From Acidimicrobiales bacterium (lineage in GTDB: Bacteria > Actinomycetota > Acidimicrobiia > Acidimicrobiales > CATQHL01), in the NCBI GenBank assembly GCA_965206165.1, contig OZ242194.1, positions 367,451 through 431,450 on the forward strand: a stretch of DNA of 64,000 nucleotides, given 5' to 3'. The notes under the pieces were generated by a model. It ran no database searches. It was not told where the DNA came from and saw only the letters and a list, made by a program, of their open reading frames with translations. The number at the start of each line of letters is the position of its first letter. Position 1 is the stretch's first letter. Position numbers and translations under genes: made by a program. Positions 18,828-27,640 of this stretch are shown here, in pieces.

Positions 18828-20606
18828 GTGAGTCGCAGCCGCGTGCTTGGAGTTCGTAGGCGCATCACAGGCGCTGCCCTGTCGGCGCTGCTCCTCTCAA
18901 CCGGCGGACTCGGCTTCGTCGTCGACGGCTCGGCGGCAGCCCAGGAGGCCGGACCCGGCACCGAGGTGCGCATCGTGGCCCGCCTCCTCGACAGCGGCAA
19001 GATCGAGTTCGGACTCCAGCAGCGCCGCGCCGACACCACGTGGGGGGAGCAACAGTTGCCGGAGCGGCGGCTGTTCCCCGCTGACGCCGCCGTTGACCGC
19101 TGGCTGTGGTCGGAGGAACTGGATCTCAGCTTCGCCGTGGTGCGCATCACGGCCCGGAAGCTCCCCGACGGCGACGTGGAGTTCGGTCTGCAGCAGCGCG
19201 GCGCCGACGATGCCTGGGGCGAGCGCCTGCTGCCGACGCGCCGGTTCTTCCCTGCCGAGGCGACGGTCGACGAGTGGTTGCCGTCGTCCTCGCTGGATCT
19301 GGGAGCCCCCGGCGACCCGGAGGTCACCGATCCCTTGGGTCTCGTCGCCGGCTACGAGTTTGCGACGGCCTACAGCCTGGGACCCGACGTCTGGGAGGTG
19401 TGGCTGTGCGACACCCCGGAGGGCGAGTTGTTCTCCACCGATCGGGACGTGCGGCTGAACCCGGAGAACTACGCCGACGCCTTCACCCAGCGTGTGGGCC
19501 CCTGGTTCGCCTGGCAGTCGAGCGGCGCCTACGAGCCGGTGTTCCGGGGTGGCGGGCTCGTCACCTCCCCTGAGGCCGAGCCCGCGCAGTGCGAGGAGGC
19601 CGTCGCCGGGGCGATTCGCAGCAACGACGTCAACGGTGTGCTGATCGTGGCGGCGCAACTGGACCCCGACACCGATGGCATCCTGGGCTACGCCGGATGC
19701 GGGCTGCGCTCACGCCGCTCGTGGCCCGACAGCGGCCGCTCGGCCGTGGTGTACGCCGGGGCGTTCGGCCATCCCACGGTCGTGGCGCACGAACTCGGCC
19801 ACGCGCTCTGCTGGCCGCACTCCTATACCGGCAGCACCCTCACCGACGGTGAGATCGGCCAGTACGACAACGTCATGGACCAGATGTCCGGGGCGCGGGG
19901 GGACAATCCGCCGAGCGCCAACGACGTGCCCTTCCCGCTCACGATCGGGACGATCGCCTTCAACCGTTATGCCGCCGGCTGGATCGACCCCGCAGAGGTG
20001 GCGATTCACGAACCCGGGACCACCGCCGACTACGAGCTGGCTCCACCCGGCGAACCGGGGACGCAGATGCTCGTCCTCGCCGATCCCGAGACCGGCACCG
20101 ATGGGGTGTTCGCCGTACTGGGCGCCCGCGTGCGCGGCGCCGGGGGCGAGGAGTGGCACGACGGCAACATTCCCGCCGAGGGTGTGGAGTTCTATTGGAT
20201 CGACCAGACCCACGAGGGGTGCCGGCTGCCCGAACGGGGCGCCTGCAGCGGTCTGGATCGGCGCACCGTCCCGATCGACGCCGCTCCCTACCGCACCAGC
20301 CACGTCGCCGGAGCGGGCAGCACATTCTGGACGATCAGCGGCCACGAAGTCACCGTCGGCGAACCCACCGACGAAACGGGTGCCTACCCGGTCACGGTTC
20401 GACCGATCGACGTGCTGGCGTGGCACTACACGTCACGAGCCGATTCGGACGAGAGCGGCCAGGAGGACCTCGGCGGCGCGACCGGTGAGGCCAACGAGGA
20501 CGAGGAAGACGAGGCCGAGGAGCAGGAGGGAGCCGCCCGAACGAGTGCCGACCTGATCTCCGGCGAGCAGGACTTCGGCTCGAAGTACGGCGTGGTGTCA
20601 CTGAAA
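18828..20606 (+). CDS. Secreted zinc metalloprotease (HExxH) with two N-terminal 58-aa repeats; 3' end disrupted by a frame change
   Basis: GTG 18828 with signal-like ALSALLLSTGGLGFVVDGSAAAQ. Tandem repeats at 18966-19301. HELGH at 19788-19802 and an acidic tail. Coding signal leaves this frame at about 20602-20608. Confidence 0.7.
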
Positions 20607-20607
20607 C

Positions 20608-21420
20608 GTGTCGTGCTCGGAGGGTCTCGTCGGCGTCGTCCTGTATTCGTGGAACGGCTACCTCGATCGCGATGTCGCCAGGGGAGCGGCTACGGCGCGA
20701 GCGACCGACGTCACCTACCGGTTCGGAGAGGAGTCCGACCCGCAGCAAGCCCGATGGTCGGTGACCGGCGGCGGGCAGGGCGCCAGGGCTCCGGCGGCCG
20801 CCATCGGCGAACTCGTCGGCGACCTGCTGGAGCAGGAGGAGCCGTTGCACGTGACCGTGCGGGCGGTCGGCGGCACCCAGGTCGGCAGCGCCACATTCCC
20901 CGCGCCGACCGACACCGGGGCAATCGAGCGGGTGCTGGCGGACTGCGGCGCCGAGCCCGCAGGTCCGGTTCCCGCCGGCGACTGGATCTCACTGACCGAC
21001 GAGAGCGACGCCCTCGAGGGGCCGCTGCCGTTCGCGGTCCTGACCTCCTTCGAGCACGACCTGCCGGTGCCGTTCCACCGGACGCCTGCGAGGCTCTACG
21101 TGGAGTGCATCGAGCGACGACCCACCGTCAGCGTCACCCTCGGCGGCATGGCAATCTCCAACGACGCTGACGACCGGGTGGCCGTGGCCCACCGCTTCGA
21201 CACCGAGAGAATCGTGGAGCGCGACTGGCAGGTCCTCAGCGGGACGCGGGCTTCCATGTACTGGTACGAAGCCCGCGGATTTCTCTCAGATCTTCAGGAC
21301 CACGACCGCCTGGTGCTGCGAGTCCGAGATCCCGCCGGCCGAGTGCTCGCCACGGTCACCTTCGCCAGCCTCGCCGGCGCCGGTGAGGCGCTACAGCCGG
21401 TCCTCCGCGCCTGCCGCTGA
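20608..21420 (+). CDS. Hypothetical protein, or C-terminal continuation of the metalloprotease in the +1 frame
   Basis: Strong G/C third-position bias in this frame from 20608 to stop 21418-20. An in-frame TGA lies at 20602-20604 immediately upstream. Two internally similar halves each end ...TF..........VL..C. Confidence 0.6.
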   Translation: MSCSEGLVGVVLYSWNGYLDRDVARGAATARATDVTYRFGEESDPQQARWSVTGGGQGARAPAAAIGELVGDLLEQEEPLHVTVRAVGGTQVGSATFPAPTDTGAIERVLADCGAEPAGPVPAGDWISLTDESDALEGPLPFAVLTSFEHDLPVPFHRTPARLYVECIERRPTVSVTLGGMAISNDADDRVAVAHRFDTERIVERDWQVLSGTRASMYWYEARGFLSDLQDHDRLVLRVRDPAGRVLATVTFASLAGAGEALQPVLRACR

Positions 21421-21453
21421 GACTCCAGGGCGGTTGGGTCGGCGAGAACCGCC

Positions 21454-21526
21454 TAGGGACTGCTGAGTAACGCGCCGGGATCCCTCACCTGCCGTTCCGG
21501 CGAAGGCCGGAATCCAAGATCCAGCG
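21454..21526. repeat. REP-like element: three-frame stop box plus hairpin
   Basis: TAGGGACTGCTGAGTAA (TAG 21454, TGA 21464, TAA 21468, one stop per frame) followed by gTTCCGGCgaagGCCGGAAtccaagatccagcg. Sits between convergent genes. Confidence 0.8.
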
Positions 21527-21558
21527 CGTCGACCGGCGGCGGCACACCTCGATGAGAG

Positions 21559-21870
21559 CTAGATCAGGCTCGTCACCGACCCGCCGCCGATGGCAACGAG
21601 ACCCACCGAGTTCAACCCGCCGATTGCGACGAGACCGATGGAGTTGATCCCGCCGATCGACACGATTCCGATCGAGTTCACGCCACCGATCGCAACAAGG
21701 CCCATCGAGTTCACGCCACCGAACGTCACGACGCCCATCGCGTTGAGCAGGGCCAGTGCGCCAACCGCCAGAGCGTTGTAGCGAGCCACAGCCGCCACAC
21801 CGATCGCGGAGTTTCGACTGGTCACGGCGACGCCGACGTCGCACCAACTCATGCTGTTGTCGTCCGACAT
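21559..21870 (-). CDS. Small hydrophobic protein with 11-residue N-S-x-G-x-V-x-I-G-G repeats
   Basis: 103 aa from ATG 21870 (RBS AAGGAGGAG). 33-bp DNA periodicity at 21589-21753 encodes GGVNSMGLVAI / GGVNSIGIVSI / GGINSIGLVAI / GGLNSVGLVAI. Confidence 0.6.
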   Translation of the reverse strand: MSDDNSMSWCDVGVAVTSRNSAIGVAAVARYNALAVGALALLNAMGVVTFGGVNSMGLVAIGGVNSIGIVSIGGINSIGLVAIGGLNSVGLVAIGGGSVTSLI

Positions 21871-22120
21871 GTCGCTCCTCCTTGGGCTGGGCGTACCTTG
21901 CGTGTTCCGGCCGGCCGAAAGCAGGTTCAAAGCAGGTTCAGCGTGCGGTCCGCAGGGCGGAGTCCCAGCTGTTCCCCCTGATGAGGCCAGACCGGATCGT
22001 CGTCACCGTAGTACGGCACTCGACCAAGCACCCCGAGGCGGCGCCGTCCAATGGGTTCGGGGCCATCGCCGCGGCCCCGCTCAGCGATGGGCACGAGTAC
22101 GACTCGCGTAGGGTGCGAGC

Positions 22121-22951
22121 ATGAGCATCCCGCAACCGGCCAATCCGCAGTCCTCGCCAAGTGAGTCGCCGTATCCGCGACGCTTTGCGGGCCGGGTCGT
22201 CATCGTCACCGGGGCGGCCGGAGGAATCGGCCGGGCGGCGGCGCGGAGATTCGCCGCCGAGGGAGCTGCCGTCGTAGCCGTCGACCTTCCGGGCAGCGAC
22301 CTCCCTGGGACCGTTGCGGCGGTGGCGGCGGTGGGCGGGAAAGTCACGTCCGTCACTGCCGACGTCCGGTCCGAAAGCGATGTGGCCGGCTACGTTGCCG
22401 CCGCTCTGGACGCCCACGGCAAGATGGACGCACTGTTCAACAACGCGGGGGTCGAGGGCCCGGTGGCTCCGCTGGTGGACTACCCCGCCGACGACTTCGA
22501 CCGCGTGATGGCCGTCAACGTCCGTGGCGTCTGGCTGGGCCTCAAGCACGCCGGCCCGGCGATCGCCGCCTCCGGAGGCGGGGCGATCGTCAACACCGCG
22601 TCAATGGCGGGCGTAACCGGCACGGCCCGCCTCTGTGCCTACGGGGCCAGCAAGCACGCCGTCATCGGCCTGACGAAGACCGCGGCCCTCGAGTTGGCCC
22701 CGCTCGGCGTACGGGTCAACGCCGTGGCGCCGGCACCCATCGACACCCGCATGCTGCACGCCATCGCGGCGGGCATGAACCCCGACGATCCATCCGTCGC
22801 AACGGCGCAGATGGCGGCCCGAGTCCCGCTCGCCCGCTACGGCACCCCCGACGAGGTCGCCGCGGTCGCGGCGTTCCTCTGCAGCGACGACGCCACCTAC
22901 ATGACCGGCGCCATGATCCCCGTCGACGGCGGCTGGTGGGCCGGCGGCTAG
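22121..22951 (+). CDS. SDR family oxidoreductase
   Basis: VTGAAGGIG Rossmann motif and YGASKHAV catalytic motif. Close paralog of the next gene. Confidence 0.85.
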   Translation: MSIPQPANPQSSPSESPYPRRFAGRVVIVTGAAGGIGRAAARRFAAEGAAVVAVDLPGSDLPGTVAAVAAVGGKVTSVTADVRSESDVAGYVAAALDAHGKMDALFNNAGVEGPVAPLVDYPADDFDRVMAVNVRGVWLGLKHAGPAIAASGGGAIVNTASMAGVTGTARLCAYGASKHAVIGLTKTAALELAPLGVRVNAVAPAPIDTRMLHAIAAGMNPDDPSVATAQMAARVPLARYGTPDEVAAVAAFLCSDDATYMTGAMIPVDGGWWAGG

Positions 22952-23115
22952 GACGGTCACTCACCAGTCGCGCCGCCCGCCGCGTTTCGTCAGGACTCTC
23001 GGCACCGTTTCATCCAAACCTGCACTCATCCCGCAGCCACGATGAAGTCCTGACCGCCGGTGAGCACGTTGAGCCGTCAACCGGCGATGCGTCCCAGGCT
23101 CACTAGCATGCAGCC

Positions 23116-23910
23116 ATGAGCAGTGAGAGGCAGTCTTCGCGGTTCGAGGGTCAGGTCGTGATCATCACAGGGGCAGCCGGAGGGATCGGCCGGGCAGCGG
23201 CGCGGCGCTTCGCCTCCGAGGGTGCCACGGTCGTGGCGGTCGATCTTCCGGGCAGCGACCTCGACGGAACAGCTGCCGCGGTGGCGGCCGAAGGCGGGGA
23301 CATCACGACGGTCACCGCGGACGTACGCTCCGACAGCGAGGTGGCGTCCTACGTGGCGGCAGCGCTCGACGCCCATGGCAGGGTGGACGCGCTGTTCAAC
23401 AACGCCGGGGTCGAGGGCCCGATTGCTTCGCTGGTGGACTATCCCGCCGACGGCTTCGACCGGGTGCTGGCCGTCAACGTCCTCGGCGTCTGGCTGGGCA
23501 TCAAGCACACCGGTCCGGCGATCGCAGCCTCAGGCGGCGGGGCGATCGTCAACACGGCGTCGATGTTGGGCATGGTCGGTGTGGCGGGAATGGGCGCCTA
23601 CGTAGCCAGCAAGCACGCCGTCATCGGCCTCACGAAAACGGCGGCCCTCGAGTTCGCCCCACTCGGCGTGCGCGTCAACGCCGTGGCGCCGGCACCCGTC
23701 GACACCCGCATGATCCGCTCGATCGAGCAGAGCATGAACCCCGATGATCCCTCCGCCGTACGGGAGTTCCTCGTGTCCCGGGTGCCGCTGGCGCGCTACG
23801 CCGACCCGGAGGAGGTGGCCGCGGTGGCGGCGTTCCTCTGCAGCGACGACGCCACCTACATGACCGGCACCGTGGTGCCCATCGACGGCGGCTCGCACGC
23901 GGGCGGCTAG
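23116..23910 (+). CDS. SDR family oxidoreductase (tandem paralog)
   Basis: ITGAAGGIG and YVASKHAV. Collinear with 22121-22951 over nearly the full length. Confidence 0.85.
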   Translation: MSSERQSSRFEGQVVIITGAAGGIGRAAARRFASEGATVVAVDLPGSDLDGTAAAVAAEGGDITTVTADVRSDSEVASYVAAALDAHGRVDALFNNAGVEGPIASLVDYPADGFDRVLAVNVLGVWLGIKHTGPAIAASGGGAIVNTASMLGMVGVAGMGAYVASKHAVIGLTKTAALEFAPLGVRVNAVAPAPVDTRMIRSIEQSMNPDDPSAVREFLVSRVPLARYADPEEVAAVAAFLCSDDATYMTGTVVPIDGGSHAGG

Positions 23911-24024
23911 ACCACCCGGACCCCAGCAACAGAGCGAGGTCGGCGATGCCGGGGGCCGGCGCAGGCGGCCATTTCGAGGCCGCCGGAGCGCCACCGGCAG
24001 CACCACCCGGACCGCACGGCCAGC

Positions 24025-25827
24025 TCAGGCCGGCGGGATCACCGGGACGAGGATGTAGTTGCGGTGCTCGGGGCTGAAGTGCAGGGTGACTTCGTTCTCG
24101 AAGATCTCCGGCGGGCGGTCGCGGGGATCGTTGTGGAGGAACGGTCCGCAGCCGCGGAGTTCGTTCTTGAAGTTGGACAGCATCATGCCGGAGGTGTCGC
24201 CGCCGTACTCGTAGTCCCGCCCGCGCACGCTGAAACCGATGCGGTAGCCGGGCGGCACCACGATGCATGTGGGCCAGATCTCGATGTCCAACTCGTAGAC
24301 CTCGCCGGGCACCAGCGGCTGCGCGTCGGCCTCGAGATGGGTGTGATACGGCCGCCACGGCTCGGACAACTCGGGGTCCAACCGGCGATGGCTGGCCCGC
24401 AGCCAGCCCTGGGCGATCGGCGTGTGCGGGTCGATCGCCCCCATGAAGGTCACTTCGGTGCCGTCGGGGTCGAACACCCGGTACACCACGAACAGGTCGG
24501 CGTCAGCCGTCGACGACGACACGAACAGCTTCGCCGCCAGCGGTCCGGTGATCTCCATCTCCTCGGTGGTCGGCGCGGTGAGGAACGTCAGGCCGTCGCC
24601 CGTCGCCTCGTAGCTGAGCGTGTCGGTCCGGGCGCAGGGGTTGAAGCGCAGTTGCCCGTTGGCGTGCAGGTACATCTGGCGCCAGTCGGTGCGCGGGATC
24701 GGCCAGTCGTCCTCGGCCCGCTCCACGAAACCGTCGACGTGGCGCACCTGCAGGAGTACCCGCGGCTGGCTGTCCCAGCCGGTGTCGGCGCCCTTGAGGT
24801 AGTGCCCGAAGAAGCGCTTCTGCAGGTCCACCCCGTAGTCGGTGTAGTACTCGGTCCAGTGCTCGATGCCATGGACCTCGAGCCAGCACTCCGGTGACGC
24901 GGAGCGGGTGTAGGCCTCGAAGTTGCCCCGCGGGTGCAGGCCCTGGCCGCCCCAGTTGGCCGACGACAGGAACGGCACGGCCACCTTGTCCCACACGGGC
25001 GAGCGGTCGGCGTGGTACTCGTCGTCGAAGGGATGCGCACAGATGTCGTCGCCGAAGGCGCAGCGGTTGGCGGCCAATTCCTCCTCGCTGAACGTGGGGG
25101 GACCCGACACCAACTCGCCCGTGTTGGAGTTGACCGAACCCCGGGTGCCCAGACCGTGCTGCACCGTCTTGACCTGCATGTCGTACCAGTTGTCCCAGAA
25201 CGTGCAGAGGATGCCGCCGTGGTGGGTGGAGTCCCGGTACCACTCCGCGGCACCCTCCCACGGGATCATGGCCACGAGGTGCGGGGGCTGGCGGGAGGCC
25301 ACGGCCCACTGGTTCATGGCGTAGTAGGAGACCCCCGAGATCCCGATCTTGCCATCGCTCCAGGGTTGGACGGCCGCCCACTCGATGCAGTCGTACAGGT
25401 CCTGCGTCTCCCGGGGAGAGAAGTGGTCGATGTAGCCCGGTGAGCGGCCGCAGCCGCGGGCGTCGATCCGCAGGCACACGTAGCCGTCGGGCACCCACTT
25501 CTCGGGGTCGCACACCTCCCAGCTCTGGTACTTGTTGGTGGAGCCGGCGACCACGTCGGGATGCTCTTCGGCCATCCGGTTCCAGGCACTCGGATAGCCC
25601 TCCTGGAAGGCGAGGCCCTTGGCGTAGGGGCCGTACGACAGCAGCACCGGATAGCGCCCCCCGTCGTCGGGACGGTAGACGTCGGCGCGCAGGACGAGGC
25701 CGTCGTCCATCTCGATGGGGACGTCCCAGTCGACGCGCATCCCATCACGCACCTCGCTGACCGTCTGGTCGTCAGCAGGCAAGGCGTCAGTGTCCATGGC
25801 GTCAGTGTCCATGGCGTTATCGGTCAT
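24025..25827 (-). CDS. CocE/NonD family hydrolase (S15 X-Pro dipeptidyl-peptidase-like)
   Basis: 600 aa from ATG 25827 (RBS GGAGGGAG). YPVLLSYGPYAKG and nucleophile region GISGVSYYAMNQW. The 1202-aa ORF-track call is a read-through into the antisense of the next gene. Confidence 0.8.
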   Translation of the reverse strand: MTDNAMDTDAMDTDALPADDQTVSEVRDGMRVDWDVPIEMDDGLVLRADVYRPDDGGRYPVLLSYGPYAKGLAFQEGYPSAWNRMAEEHPDVVAGSTNKYQSWEVCDPEKWVPDGYVCLRIDARGCGRSPGYIDHFSPRETQDLYDCIEWAAVQPWSDGKIGISGVSYYAMNQWAVASRQPPHLVAMIPWEGAAEWYRDSTHHGGILCTFWDNWYDMQVKTVQHGLGTRGSVNSNTGELVSGPPTFSEEELAANRCAFGDDICAHPFDDEYHADRSPVWDKVAVPFLSSANWGGQGLHPRGNFEAYTRSASPECWLEVHGIEHWTEYYTDYGVDLQKRFFGHYLKGADTGWDSQPRVLLQVRHVDGFVERAEDDWPIPRTDWRQMYLHANGQLRFNPCARTDTLSYEATGDGLTFLTAPTTEEMEITGPLAAKLFVSSSTADADLFVVYRVFDPDGTEVTFMGAIDPHTPIAQGWLRASHRRLDPELSEPWRPYHTHLEADAQPLVPGEVYELDIEIWPTCIVVPPGYRIGFSVRGRDYEYGGDTSGMMLSNFKNELRGCGPFLHNDPRDRPPEIFENEVTLHFSPEHRNYILVPVIPPA

Positions 25828-25992
25828 CGTGTCGCTCCCTCCGGTCGGCCGGCGGCGAGTGTAGATCACCGCTCTCCGCCCTCGGCAAAGTGACTCGTTC
25901 GCTCCCGGCATCCGGAGCGAGGGTGCCCACGACGGCACACCGGCGGGCGAACTCGCCTCGGCGAGGCCGATCGGCGGGTCGAGGTCACTAGC

Positions 25993-27549
25993 GTGAGAGG
26001 CATGGCTGGTTGGCTCATCGCAGTGACGGTCATCGGGGGACTGCTCGTGGCGGTCGCCCTCTACGACATGGTCCAGCGCCGGCACACGATCCTGGCGAAT
26101 TTCCCGATCATCGGGCACTTCCGCTACCTGCTCGAGAGCATCGGCCCGGAGCTGCGCCAGTACATCGTCACCAGCAATGACGAGGAGCGACCCTTCAACC
26201 GGGCGCAACGCCGCTGGGTCTACGCCTCGGCCAAGCGGCAGAATCCGAACTTCGGGTTCGGCACCGACCAGGATCTCGACCAGACCGGCTACCTCATCGT
26301 CAAGCACTCCGCCTTCCCGCACCTCGACGAGATCGACGAGGCAGCCACGTTGCCGTGTGGCAAGGAACTGGGCGCCTGGCGGGATCGCCCCGGTCGCTTC
26401 CGGCCGGCATCGGTGGTGAACATCTCCGGCATGAGCTACGGCTCGCTCAGCGGGCCGGCTGTCGAGGCGCTGAACATCGGCTCCCAACTCGCCGGCTGCC
26501 TGCACAACACCGGAGAGGGAGGGATCTCCAAGTACCACCGGCGTGGCGGCGAACTCATCTACCAGATCGGCACCGGGTATTTCGGCTGCCGCAACCCCGA
26601 CGGCACGTTCAGCCTGCCGCTGCTGATGGAGACGGTCGGTTCCGCGCCGGTGCGGGCGATCGAGGTCAAGCTCAGCCAGGGGGCCAAGCCGGGCCTCGGG
26701 GGCATGCTGCCCGGCGTCAAGGTCACGCCGGCGATCGCCGCGGCACGCGGCGTACCGGTGGGCAAGACGGTGGAGAGCCCGAACGCGCACAGCGCCTTCG
26801 GCAACGTGGACGGCCTCATCGACTTCACCGAGCAACTCGCGGATGTCACCGGCCTGCCGGTGGGTATCAAGTCCGCCGTCGGGTCCGGGCGGTTCTGGGA
26901 CGAGCTGGCGCGCCGCATGTCCGAGCGCGGCGAGGGACCCGACTTCATCACCATCGACGGGGGTGAGGGCGGCACGGGTGCGGGGCCGCTGGTCTTCACC
27001 GACCACGTGGCGCTGCCGTTCCGGCGGGGATTCGCCCGCGTCTACTTGACGTTCGTCGCCCATGACCTGCACCAGAAGGTGGTGTTCATCGGCGGCGGCA
27101 AGTTGGGCTTCGGCGCCGACGGCCTGGCTGCCATGAACCTGGGCGCCGACCTCCTGAACGTGGGGCGCGAGGCGCTGCTGGCGATCGGCTGCGTCCAGAC
27201 CCAGCGCTGTCACACGGGGCGTTGCCCCACCGGCGTCACGACGCACAGCCGCTGGTTGACCCGTGGCCTGGATCCGGCGCTCAAGTCCGTTCGCTGCGCC
27301 AACTACATCATGAGTCTGCGGGCCGAACTGTTGCAGCTGGCGCACGCCTGCGGGCAGCCCCACCCGGCACTGGTGCCGCCGACAGCTCTGGAACTTCTCT
27401 ACGAGGAACCCGTCAAGCGGGTCGACCTCTGCCAGCACTACCTCTACCCTCCCGACCTGGCGCGCCTGGGCCCCGAGCAGGCAGCGACCGCCACCGGGCT
27501 CTGCGCCCGTCCCGCCGGGGGTGGAGAAATTCCCGTTGCCCTCCCGTGA
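25993..27549 (+). CDS. FMN-binding glutamate synthase-related protein (GltS domain 2-like)
   Basis: N-terminal TM helix. Motifs SGMSYGSLSGPAVEALN, NTGEGGIS and IDGGEGGTGAGP. Confidence 0.8.
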   Translation: MRGMAGWLIAVTVIGGLLVAVALYDMVQRRHTILANFPIIGHFRYLLESIGPELRQYIVTSNDEERPFNRAQRRWVYASAKRQNPNFGFGTDQDLDQTGYLIVKHSAFPHLDEIDEAATLPCGKELGAWRDRPGRFRPASVVNISGMSYGSLSGPAVEALNIGSQLAGCLHNTGEGGISKYHRRGGELIYQIGTGYFGCRNPDGTFSLPLLMETVGSAPVRAIEVKLSQGAKPGLGGMLPGVKVTPAIAAARGVPVGKTVESPNAHSAFGNVDGLIDFTEQLADVTGLPVGIKSAVGSGRFWDELARRMSERGEGPDFITIDGGEGGTGAGPLVFTDHVALPFRRGFARVYLTFVAHDLHQKVVFIGGGKLGFGADGLAAMNLGADLLNVGREALLAIGCVQTQRCHTGRCPTGVTTHSRWLTRGLDPALKSVRCANYIMSLRAELLQLAHACGQPHPALVPPTALELLYEEPVKRVDLCQHYLYPPDLARLGPEQAATATGLCARPAGGGEIPVALP

Positions 27550-27640
27550 GACCGGCCCCCGTCGCAGGTGGGCGCTCGCCGCCACCGGGCTCTGCGGCCG
27601 TCCCGCCGGGGGTGGAGAAACTCCCGTTGCCATCTCGTGA
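27488..27640. repeat. 62-bp direct duplication (27488-27549 and 27579-27640)
   Basis: 58 of 62 positions are identical by eye, with a period of 91 bp. Copy 1 is the 3' end of the GltS-like gene and copy 2 is the 5' region of the YHYH gene. Confidence 0.85.

Noticed and set aside
18642-21170. A single 842-aa ORF-track protein covering the aldolase 3' end, the protease and beyond.
   Set aside because: Its 5' part overlaps the aldolase gene, and GTG 18828 with a signal peptide is the sensible start. Its 3' tail after about 20606 is Arg-rich with poor codon bias, whereas the +1 frame is clearly coding.
27517-27535. GGAGAAATTCCCG (and GGAGAAACTCCCG at 27608) resembled the -35 region of the ECF-type promoters when read on the minus strand.
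   Set aside because: The -35 would be GGAAT or GGAGT rather than GGAAC, no CGTC-type -10 lies 16-17 nt downstream, and no minus-strand gene follows.
24025-27633. A 1202-aa ORF in the track, suggesting a giant protein.
   Set aside because: Only the C-terminal 600 aa (from ATG 25827, which has an RBS) look like a CocE/NonD hydrolase. The upstream part is Arg/Gly/Pro-rich antisense read-through of the GltS-like gene, which has clear motifs on the plus strand.
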